A stretch of 64,000 bases of DNA from Nitrosopumilus sp. (GTDB lineage Archaea > Thermoproteota > Nitrososphaeria > Nitrososphaerales > Nitrosopumilaceae), in the NCBI GenBank assembly GCA_965204345.1, contig OZ241981.1, positions 1,696,001-1,760,000 on the forward strand, written 5' to 3'. Shown here in pieces: positions 30,090-40,900 of this stretch. Below the pieces are notes generated by a model. It had not been told where the DNA came from and made no database searches. It saw only the letters and a list, made by a program, of their open reading frames with translations. A program made the translations under genes and the position numbers. Position 1 is the stretch's first letter, and each line of letters begins with the position of its first letter.

Positions 30090-30929
30090 AAAACTAGAGG
30101 GTTTTGCTATCAATTCATCTGAATATGACGGATGCTTGTTCTCTCTGGGTATAACTTTTCTAGGTTTCCAAGGATTTCTAAAAAAAGGTGATGCCCTGAT
30201 GGCAATCTGTTACTGTATATCCCACTTTTTGTGTTTTTTTAATTCATTTACCACAAAAGCTGTAGAAATAAACCGCTTTGGTTTATGGACTTTGTATGAT
30301 GTTCACTTGATTGTGATTTCTGATCAGCGGTGTTGCTCATTGCAAATCTTCCAAATATCTGGTCATCTCAAAATTTGATTTTTTTTCTGCTTGTACAAGT
30401 ATTAAATCCGAAAATAATGAAAAAACTCTATCATTTACCAAACGTCCGTTTTTTCCTAAAAATTTTAAAACAAATTTGATTGTCTGACCATTCCAAGTGT
30501 TCCCCTCATAACTAATTTATCTGGATGCGACCCCTGTCTTTGATAATCTTTTTTGAGTTTTTTAAACCACCCTTCAATCTCTGGACTTTCCTTGGTCTGT
30601 TTTTATTTTTTGATACATAACATAAATGTCAGATGCGTTATTTGCAAAATTTTTGAGTTTTTCTAGGTTTCTTAGGGCATACTGCTAGATGACCTAACGC
30701 TTATGCGGATGCGGCGCTTTGAGGATTGTGCTTTTCTCAGAGTTATTTGAGCCTACTATGACATTTGGTTTTCCAAAATTTGTCTGATATTCCTCGTTAA
30801 AACACCCAAAATTTTTTATTTTTATAAAATCCGGCACAAGGGTCATTTTGTCTTCTCTGCCATACTGTTCGGATCTGATTACACTGTTAACTAGATCATC
30901 TCATAATTAAAAAGAGGGTGCCAGATATG

Positions 30930-33900
30930 TCATCCACACGTGCAGGTGGTGAAACTGATTTTTACATCGTCAATTTGTATGTCCTCGTTGAAGCTATCCT
31001 GCTGGGTTACAAACCGCAAATTAAAATCAGACACTCCAATGTATTCTGACAAGTCAAATGATTCTTCGTGCCATGTGCCGTCATTGCCTTTACTGTTTGC
31101 AGACCAGTCGTATATGGTGTCCCATGTCCTGCCATTATACAGCTCTACTTTGAGATACTCGTCTTCACCTAGTGCCGAGTCAACGAATCTCCAAAATGAC
31201 AGGGATGCCGAAGGGTGTGACAGATCCATTGGATCATCTGGGATGAATGTGCCATTCCTGATGCCCTCTACCCTTGTTTTGATTTCTTGTGGCATGTCTA
31301 TTGGATTATCTAGGGCGATTGTACAGGAGTTCACACATTCATCAGCGTGCAGTACCGGATTGGTTGAGTTATGGCCAGGTGCTGGTGAGACAAAATGCTT
31401 TTTTGGTGTGGATATTATCCAGTCGTCTTGGCCAGTTTGAGTCCAGTCGTCCAGTCCGTCTTCAAAGTTATCTGAAAATATGGGCGGGATTTCGGATGGT
31501 GGACGAGGAGGGTCGTTAAGCTCATATTTTACATTTATGCCCCATTCGTTGAGTGTCCCAACATCCCCTATTTCATAGTCCCCTACTGAGAGAACCCAGT
31601 CGCCTTTAATGTAGGATTTTTCAAGCACATCAAATAATGGAGCAGTATATGTCTGTCTGATGTACTCAGCACTGTAGTCACTGTCGTCACTGTTCTCATG
31701 AAGGATAATCTCTGTTCCGTTTGGAGATGTAAGAACTAGTTTAAGATCATTAATGTGGGTATGTGTAATGTCTACTGATACAGATAAATCAGCTAGCTCT
31801 CCGTTTGTCGGGATGGTTATGGTACTAGTCGTATTCTGATTTCTCGTATTGTCCGGTATTGCAAAAGTGGAGAATGCTGTTGACTGGTATGTAGAGTATG
31901 GAGAACACGGGTCTGTAGGACATTGTACTAGAAAGTATTCGACACCCATCTCGACATCGTTGAGATTAGGTGCAGTAGAATTACCCACGTTATTTGGAGT
32001 AATAGTATCAGATGGCTGATTCAAGTCATATGCTACATCTTCATCTACACCGTCAGCAGAAAGCGTTGCATTCAGGATTGTAATGGGCGGTGCAATATTT
32101 ATGACACGTGTCCCGCTTGGGGGCACTGCAATCTCATACAAGTCTTCTTCGGTAGTGAAAATTTTCAGGTCGGTTCCCTCCATGTTTACAGATTGTACAA
32201 ACAATTTAGACACAGCATGGTTTATTCCTGGGAATGATACCGAATAGTCGTCATGCATGAATCCTGATTTTACCTCCATGTGATTCCAGTCCGTCATATT
32301 CAATGAGTCCAGTGACTCTGTTGTTGGGCCGCTGTCAGGCGGAAGTGATTCGGAGCGAAGAGTAATAGTTGCAGGACTGCCAGAGGTCACACCATCATGC
32401 GGTGTTACCTCAATTGTATCGGTGCCTGCAAAGTCAGAGTTTGGTGTGAATATGGCACGGGATGCGGTCTTTGTGATAAACTCGTCAGTTGTTATGGTTC
32501 CCTGTGTTGGATCTTTGGATATTCTAAATGATACGGCATCGCCGTCAGGATCTGAGGCTACTAACCGTATTATCTTTTCTGCTCCGGGGCTGACTATTAC
32601 TGTGCGTGATTCTGCCACAGGAGGACTGTTCTGAGGAGGAGTTAATGATGATGGTACAGGTGAAAGGGGATTGGTGCTTGCCAGTGCAAAGTTTTGTACC
32701 GGCTTGTTTATGTTGTCAATGTTTGAGCCGCTAACTGTTATGGTGTATGTTCCGGTGAGTGTGGGTTTAAACACTGCAAACTCGTTTGTCTGATGTTCTG
32801 ATGCTGCCCGTATTATGGTAGTATCATCCGGAGATGTTATGGTAAAATCCAAATTGGCAATGGGAACTGCTGTATCAGTACGATTCAACTGTTCGTCTAT
32901 ACTCCCATGCGGATGAACCAGCCATGACAGTATCACTTTGACTGGTTTTTCGGTGTCACGTACGACAAACTCGTACTTCTTTTTATCTGTATTTGACTCT
33001 AGATGGTTTGACATTATATGGGATGATGATGCACTGTGAACATACCTGAGTGATTCAGCAGTGTTTAATATGCCAAAGCCCACATTGTTTAGGATTCCAA
33101 GGGATGCAACATTGTTTGCCACAAAAGGATCCGAAGGCTGTCGGGCATAAGAACAGTTGTCGTTGGGATTGCTTGTTTCATACTGTGCAGACGTGCAAGG
33201 GACTGGACCCTGCCAGTCAGCCCCAAGAAGAAGTATGGTCTTTATCTCAACTGGGGTCAGATCAGGTTCTGCCTGTAGCAACAGGGCAGCAGTTGCACTT
33301 ACCTGGGATGCAGCATAGCTGGTTCCGGACCGAGGAGAAAAAGTGTCAGATTCTGCAATATTATCCAGTGTCTGAAGATTATGTGCAGGTGCAACTATCT
33401 CAGGCTTTAGTAGGACTGTTCCGGGTGCTGGACCCCTGCCTGAAAAATCTGCCCTTTGTATTGTTTCACCACGATCATTTATTCCGCCTACGGTAATTTC
33501 ATTGTGTCCACACCCAGGATGGGTTATAGATTGATAAACTGGCTGGTTTGGCGCTCCATAAATTGTGCCCCTGTTTCCTGCAGATGATACTGCAATCATT
33601 CCCTTGTCAACTGCCTCATTTGTGATGAAATTAACTGTGCTTACATGACTCGCACTACATAGTCCAAAGCCAAAGCTCATGTTTGCTATGTCTGCTCCGT
33701 TTCTAAATGACCAATCAAGGGCATGTACCACATTTCTTGCATTTAGATTAATGTAGGTATGATTTTTATTCTCATCTACATGATGTCTGCCAATTGAGGC
33801 ATCCAAAAGTTCCACACCCGGGGCAATGCCGTTATGAGTTGGGAGTCCTGATGCGGCAAGAACTTGGGCTACCCACGTACCGTGGGATGGAAAGACATGA

Positions 33901-34631
33901 TCGGCTGTTCCATTATTAACGCCGATCACACTAGCAGCAGTTTTAGGATTACACGTACCGTTACTGCACTCTACGCGGTCAGTGATTCTGCTGTTAAATG
34001 CAGTGTTGTGGCTGATCCCACTGTCAATGATTGCCACAACAACTCCACTACCATCAAGATTGGTGCCAGTTGCAGTACGAATCTCATAAGGAGTTGCATG
34101 GACGGTTTCACTAGCCGTATCAACTTCCAGAGTTACTGGGGTTTCACCATCTCCCATGGCATACACCTCGTCATAAAGTGAGAGCCCCGGAACATCTGCA
34201 ACTGGGATGGATGCAGTTACAAATGACAGTGACTCTGCTGCCGCTATGTTGCGTGCGCCAAGAAGATCAAGTCTCTTTACTATTGCATCCTTGTTCTCGC
34301 GCGCCGTCTCATCTGCATCTCTGTCATCGTCCCCGTCATCTCTGGCCACTACAATTAGGACATCATAGTATCGCGTGCCGTCATGTACGCCATAATCGCC
34401 ATCTTGGGGTACCTCAGATATGAGACCCTGGATTTTATCATAAAAACCGCCATCAAACTTGGATGGTACATCCACACTTGCAACAGAACCTGGTGTATTG
34501 TCATCTGGAATAAGATTGCCTGGCACTGCAAACTGTTCATTCTCATCAGTTTGAGATATGGACTCTAACGGGGATACAAATAAAATGACAAGTGAAAAAA
34601 TTATGATAGATAATGTTATTTTTAATTTCAT
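30930..34631 (-). CDS. Secreted S8 serine protease with Ig-like, proprotein-convertase P and C-terminal jelly-roll domains
   Basis: VAIIDSG, SHGTWVA, SGTSYAASQV; NSPPVA..ASDPDGD Ig; VSVDITHTHINDLKLVLTSPNGT..GDWVL..GTLNEW P-domain; paralog of 5370-7556. Confidence 0.9.
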   Translation of the reverse strand: MKLKITLSIIIFSLVILFVSPLESISQTDENEQFAVPGNLIPDDNTPGSVASVDVPSKFDGGFYDKIQGLISEVPQDGDYGVHDGTRYYDVLIVVARDDGDDDRDADETARENKDAIVKRLDLLGARNIAAAESLSFVTASIPVADVPGLSLYDEVYAMGDGETPVTLEVDTASETVHATPYEIRTATGTNLDGSGVVVAIIDSGISHNTAFNSRITDRVECSNGTCNPKTAASVIGVNNGTADHVFPSHGTWVAQVLAASGLPTHNGIAPGVELLDASIGRHHVDENKNHTYINLNARNVVHALDWSFRNGADIANMSFGFGLCSASHVSTVNFITNEAVDKGMIAVSSAGNRGTIYGAPNQPVYQSITHPGCGHNEITVGGINDRGETIQRADFSGRGPAPGTVLLKPEIVAPAHNLQTLDNIAESDTFSPRSGTSYAASQVSATAALLLQAEPDLTPVEIKTILLLGADWQGPVPCTSAQYETSNPNDNCSYARQPSDPFVANNVASLGILNNVGFGILNTAESLRYVHSASSSHIMSNHLESNTDKKKYEFVVRDTEKPVKVILSWLVHPHGSIDEQLNRTDTAVPIANLDFTITSPDDTTIIRAASEHQTNEFAVFKPTLTGTYTITVSGSNIDNINKPVQNFALASTNPLSPVPSSLTPPQNSPPVAESRTVIVSPGAEKIIRLVASDPDGDAVSFRISKDPTQGTITTDEFITKTASRAIFTPNSDFAGTDTIEVTPHDGVTSGSPATITLRSESLPPDSGPTTESLDSLNMTDWNHMEVKSGFMHDDYSVSFPGINHAVSKLFVQSVNMEGTDLKIFTTEEDLYEIAVPPSGTRVINIAPPITILNATLSADGVDEDVAYDLNQPSDTITPNNVGNSTAPNLNDVEMGVEYFLVQCPTDPCSPYSTYQSTAFSTFAIPDNTRNQNTTSTITIPTNGELADLSVSVDITHTHINDLKLVLTSPNGTEIILHENSDDSDYSAEYIRQTYTAPLFDVLEKSYIKGDWVLSVGDYEIGDVGTLNEWGINVKYELNDPPRPPSEIPPIFSDNFEDGLDDWTQTGQDDWIISTPKKHFVSPAPGHNSTNPVLHADECVNSCTIALDNPIDMPQEIKTRVEGIRNGTFIPDDPMDLSHPSASLSFWRFVDSALGEDEYLKVELYNGRTWDTIYDWSANSKGNDGTWHEESFDLSEYIGVSDFNLRFVTQQDSFNEDIQIDDVKISFTTCTCG

Positions 34632-34740
34632 GAATAATTATATTATAGTAAGATATATTTAACTATTTTGTCAGTGTGTTTCTGCTAAGGTGATGAGCGT
34701 GCGGCATTCCCAGTGTTAATTCTCAAGGGGTGAATTAAGA

Positions 34741-34782
34741 GTTCTGATAAGTTTTGGTGTTTCATGCCACAAATCACAAATC
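34741..34782. repeat. 42-bp direct repeat, copy 1 (copy 2 at 43013-43054)
   Basis: GTTCTG(A/G)TAA(G/A)TTTTGGTGTT(T/C)CATGCCACAAATCACAAATC, 3 mismatches. Confidence 0.85.
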
Positions 34783-34983
34783 TGAGAGATCTAGCATTGC
34801 ACCTCTTTTGGGATTTTTTGATGGCCAGAATAAGTCATTCTTTTTTTTAAGAAAACCGTCTCTTTTGCAGTTTACTGTCAAATTCCGCTAGTCAGAATCT
34901 ACCTGACCCAAAAACTGCCTTGCAGTATAATGGATCAAAAATACCTGAAGATAGCGAGAATGGCAAAGGGGGGGGAGGAAAGG

Positions 34984-37900
34984 CTAGCCCAGCGGAATCT
35001 CTACTGTCTGTGTCAGTGTTCCCTGCTCAGCGCCGTTGGTGCTAACGCTGATTGCGTTGCCGCCCTGCTGGATGCCTCTCAAGGAGTTGACCTGCTCATC
35101 AGTGTGCGTAAACTGTACAAAGACATTGAGGTCATCATTGCTGTCTTCCCTGCCATACCTGTCTGGGAACGCTATGGTGGTTACAGTTTGTCCGGGGATG
35201 CCAAGTTCTCTCTCTGCAAACACGTCTGGTACTGACTGCAACACCACGTATTGCGTTAGTGCCTCACCAGTATCCTCGTTTGTAAATTCAATGTTGGTGT
35301 TTAGGAATTCTCTGAGCACGTCTGGCAGGTCTGTCTGCGTTGATTTGTCGTTAATTTTCATGCTTGATTTTTGAGATACTGCCACGTTTGCATCCCCAGA
35401 CGCAATTGCAATTTCTGCAGATGTTGGGACGGTGATCTTGCTTTTGTCTCCTGCCACAATCTCAATGGTGTCACCTCCCAAGAGAACGCCTCTCATGGAG
35501 TTGATCTGCTCATCAGAGGATGAGATTTGCAAGAAGAGGTTTGGACTGTTGTTGTTGTTGTTGTTGTTGTTGCTCTCCTCAGAACCGGGCCTGTCCACCA
35601 ATGCGACGGTGGTAACGGTCTGTCCGCTGATTCCCAGGACGGTCTCGGCATATCTGTCAGGGTTTGATTGCAGTGTCTGGAATTCAGTGAGTTTCATACC
35701 GGTGTTAACATTTGTAATATCTGCAAAGTCGTTGATGAACTCACGGACTAGGTCAGGCGTTTGTACTTGGGTGGGGCCTGGCATGATAATATCATCTGAG
35801 AAATCCACTTTTTTGGATGACAGGTCAGGCGTTACAGCTGCACTGCCACCGGTAATAACAGGCGAGGATGATAACTCGTATGTGTTTACAGATACAGAGC
35901 CAGAACACTCGGTGAGGTTAAATGACTTTGAATCAGTTGATACTCCCCTTGCTGCGATATTTTCCACATGTACGCGTACAAATGACTCGTTTGGTGAGAG
36001 GCCTGCATCAAATGAGATTCTTCCAAGATAGGGCTGCTCATCAGAGCGTTCTGCCGTGATTATGCCTGCGTTGGTTCTAAGCTTTACAGAGAGATTGTCA
36101 GTTACAGGACCGGCTATTACGTTGATTGTGTTTGCCTCACAGACGTCCCATTGTACGTCGTACAAAACAGCTCCGGAGGCATTGTTTGCAACAGATGAGC
36201 CGCTGAAGGAGGAGGCACCGCCACCGCCACCGCCACCGCCACCGCCACCGCCACCGCCACCGCCACCGCCACCGCCACCGCCACCGCCACTGCGGCTACT
36301 AGAAGGTGTGGATGGTGTAGGTTCGACAGGAACCGTAGAGAATGAGCCAAATGAGCTAAAGTGAGTGGTCCAGATGATCATATCAGGAGCATCACGAACA
36401 AAACAGGATTCCAACGCAGTACCAGCTCCAATATTGTCATTGGCAGTAGTCTGATTGACAGGAACAAACGGACACACAACCAGTGATCGTGATACCACGT
36501 TGCCATCTGTATCCTCTCCTGAGAAAAAGGCTCCCTCATGGTCTGCCTGGCCAGGCAAGAGTAATCTGACTGCCTGATCAAATGTCAGCCTGGTGTTGCC
36601 ATCACCGACTGAGAATGCCAGTCCTATCTCGTCATTTGGGGTTGGAGGATCAACAGCAGTACCAGCAGTAACAAGGGTTGGAACGGCAATGGTGCCACTC
36701 CAATCATTTGATGAACCGTTTACAACTATGCCTGCTGGATAAGTGACAGATACAGTTTGGGAATCAGAGACATCAGTGATAACCTCAGTTGTAGAATCAG
36801 AAATTCTCACACTCTTTACTCCGCTTGCAGCATCATCAGCAAACGTGGGGGTGGCACTAAAGTCAAGCAGCTGGCCATCAGTGGCAATAATTGTGTCAGG
36901 TAATGTGTCAGATACCACGTTGAGGGTGATCAGATTTGAGGATGGCTCATATGTCACCACGCCACCATCACCTCCAGAGGGGATATCGGCCTCAATTTCA
37001 TCTCCTGTGGTGCTGATGGTGATGGTAACTAAGTCAGATGCCTCATTGGGATTGCCTGCAAGGTCTGCTGCCATACCTGCACCTATTGATACGGTTACTG
37101 TTCCGTCTGTGGAGCCGCGTGCCACATTAAAGGTGTAGACACTTCCTTCTCCATTAATGTTGGATGCTGTGGGGGTGCCGCCGTTTGCAGTACCAGTTAC
37201 TGTAATGTCTTCCAGATCAAAGTTCTCAATGTCCTCATCAAATGTTGCCGTAAAGGTTACGGGGTCATCGTTGGTGGTGGTGCCATCATCTGGTGTGATG
37301 GTTACTGTTGGGTCTACCATGTCCACTGTGAATGTGCTAGTATTACTTGCAGTGTTGCCCCCCGCTGCCACACCGGCAGGTATGGTTACTGTCAGTAGAC
37401 CTCCTGTGGTGATGCCGTGTGTGACTGTAAAGGTGTAATCAGCACCGGTTCCAGCAAAGGCAGATATCAGGCCAGACGTGTCAGTTCCGTCAATTGTCAC
37501 GACAATGTCATCTCGAATGAATTGTGTGACATCACCGTCAAACGTTGCCGTAAATTCGATGGCCTCAGAGTTGGTAGGATCAGTTACATCGGTGCTCAGG
37601 GATACTGATGGGACAGTAGTATCTATTGTGACGGTAACTGGAGTAGATGCGGTGTTGTTATTGCCTGCAAAGTCTGTTGCCACATTTGCTGCAATTGACA
37701 CAATTACGGTTCCGTCACCGGATATGCCTGCAACATTAAAGTTGTATATGCGGGCATTAACTGTCTCAAAGCCGGATGCTGTAAGGGTGCCACCGTTGGC
37801 AGTGCCTTCCACTGTAATGTCTTCTAGTTCAAAGTTCCTAACGTCATCGTTAAATTCTATTCTAAATGGTACCGTATCAAGTCCGGTGCTGCTGCCTGCA

Positions 37901-40900
37901 GATGAAGTTACAGAGACTGTTGGGGCAAGAGTGTCTATTGTGACGGTAACTGAATTAGATGCCTCGTTGTTATTGCCTGCGGCGTCTGTTAGTGCATTTG
38001 CTGCAATGGATGCAGTTACGGTTCCGTCTGTAGTGCCGCGGAGAACCTCAAAGTTGTATATGCGGGCATTAACTGACTGAACGTTGGATGCTTCAGGATT
38101 GGTGGCGTTTGCAGTGCCTGTTACTGTAATGTCATCTAGGTTAAAGTCAACGTCCTTGTTGAATGTTGCCGTAAATAGTACTGTAGTAAGATTAGTGAAA
38201 TCATCTGCAGTTGTAGTTACAGAGACTGCTAGTGGAATGGTGTCTATGGTGACGGTAACTGAATTAGATGCCTCGTTGTTATTGCCTGCGGCGTCTGTTA
38301 GTGCATTTGCTGCAATTGATGCAGTTACGGTTCCGTCTGTCACGCCGCGGGCTACATCAAAGGTGTAGGTACTGCCTGATCCTCCAAGGTTGTCTGCTAC
38401 TGGACTACCGCCGTTGGCAGTGCCTGTTACTGTAATGTCATCTAGGTTAAAGACAACGTCCTCGGTAAATGTTGCCGTAAACGTTACGGGGTCATCGTTG
38501 GTGGTGGTGCCATCATCTGGTGTGATAGTTACGCCGGGAGATATCCTGTCCACTGTGAATGTACTAGTATTACTTGCAGTGTTGCCCTCTGCTGTCACAT
38601 CGGCAGGTATGGTTACTGTCAGCTGTCCTCCTGTGGTGATGCCGTGTGTTACTGTAAAGGTGTACTCAGCACCGGTTCCAGCAAATGCAGATATCAGGCC
38701 AGGTGTTTCGGTTCCGTCAATTGTCACGACAATGTCATCTCGAATGAATTGTGTGACATTACCGTCAAATGTTGCCGTAAATTGTATGGCCTCAGAGTTG
38801 GTAGGATCAGATGCAGATGTGCTCAGGGATACGGATGGGACAGTAGTGTCGATTGTGACGGTGACCGGAGCAGATGCGGTGTTGGGGTTGCCTGCAAAGT
38901 CTGTTACATCACCTGCTCCAATTGATGCAGTTACGGTTCCGTCTGTCACGCCGCGGGCTACATCAAAGGTGTAGGTACTGCCTGATCCAAGAAGGTTGGA
39001 TGCTGCAGGACTGCGGTTGTTTGCAGTACCTCTTACCGTAATGTCACCTAGGACAAGCCCCCTAACGTCCTCGGTAAATGTTGCCGTAAACGTTACGGGG
39101 TCATCTCCGGTGGTGGTGCCATCGACAGGCGTGATAGTTACGCCGGGAGATATCCTGTCCACTGTAAGCGTACTAGTATTACTTGCAGTGTTGCCCTCTG
39201 CTGCCACATCGGCAGGTATGGTTACTGTTAGTAGACCTTCTGTGGTGATGCCGTGTGTTACTGTAAAGGTGTATTCAGCACCGGTTCCAGCAAAGGTTGT
39301 TATCAGGTTACCTGGTGGGGTGGCGGTGACTCCGTCAATTGTCACGACAATGTCATCGGCGATAAATCCTGTGACACCACTGCTAAATGTTGCCGTAAAT
39401 TGTATGGCCTCAGAGTTGGTAGGATCAGTTACATCTGTATTCAGGGAGGTAACTGATGAGCTTGGAGGGGTTGTGTCTTGTACGGTTATCGTCTGTGTTG
39501 CAGTAGCTGTGTTTCCTGCAGCATCAGTGGCAGTCCATGTAACTATTGTGGGGCCAAGTGGAAAATTATCTGGTGCGTCGTTAGTTATGGCAGGACTTGG
39601 ATCTGCATTGTCTGTAGCCGTTGCCGTACCAATATTAACAGGCGTCAGTATGCCGGTAGCCTCTACAGTGAGATCAGCAGGCGCAATAATTACAGGATTT
39701 GTGGTATCTGGAGGGCCAGTATTGTCGTCGTCACTAGTTATAATAATACGAAACGTCTCAGTAGCAGTGTAGGGACCAGATCTCGCAGTTAGGGTAATAG
39801 GATAAGTGCCAGCAGGGAGGTGGTCCGTTCTGATGATATAGGATACCGTGCCATCACCGTTAGGTCTAGTGAGGGCGGTGGGAGCGGATTCTTCTGATGG
39901 GAAAATCAGTATAACTGGAACATTGTCGACATCCGGTGGATAAGGCACGGTCAGAGTATAGCCCTGTCCCTGACGCAGATGGATATCATCAATAGGTTCT
40001 ATCATTAGAGGATTTACGAATGGCTCGATGTTAAGATCATCAATCCGTACGAATTCACCGTTTGCGTTTGATAGTGCCACAAATCGCAGTAGTGTATGTG
40101 ATTGGGGTATGCTCAGTATCAGGGATTCAGATACCCACATGTCGTTAGCATCACGAATGCCAGTATATGCTCTCAGTGTTACCCATCCAGAGTCTGTCAG
40201 GTACTGCACATACAGACCCTCACGTCCGTCAAGTCGGCTATCAAGGTATCTGTTAAAGGACACTTCGAGTCGGCCTTCTGTGTCTAGTGGCAGGTTAAGT
40301 GTCATAATACACCGGATATCACAGTTTTGAGATGATGCTAACATGTTGGAGGGATTGTCTTCGTCTGGAGCTATCTCCCAATTGCCACGGCCAGCATAGA
40401 ACCAAGGATTAAAATCAAGAGGGAACCGCGGATCGAACTCTTGCCAGTAGGCACCAAGGAACCAATTATTAAATGTGTCAAAACTGTCAGTCATTATGTT
40501 TGATGACGGGGTCGGAACGTTTGGGATTGCAAATTCCATGTGGTGCAGTCTCATAATGTCATATGAAGAATCATATCCTGCGCGTTCCCATGCCTTGTAG
40601 AAGTCTTCAAAAGTACCGATGGGATTATTCCTAATTACATCCATAATTTCATCATCTCCCAATTGCAGGTTATCTAAATTATTACCGTTCCTGCTGTATT
40701 CTAAATTGTCATGTATTCTATCAACGTTATGATCTTTGATATCCCATAGCGCTGCGGCTACCCGTCCTTCAACTAATTGTCCATAAAGAGGACCATTAAG
40801 GGAACCAGTATGTGTGGGTTGAGCAAGAAAAATTGATTCTCTGTGCCGCTCCAAATTAGTATTAAAAACTGTATCTCGTCCAAGACTTGAATTGGTAACT

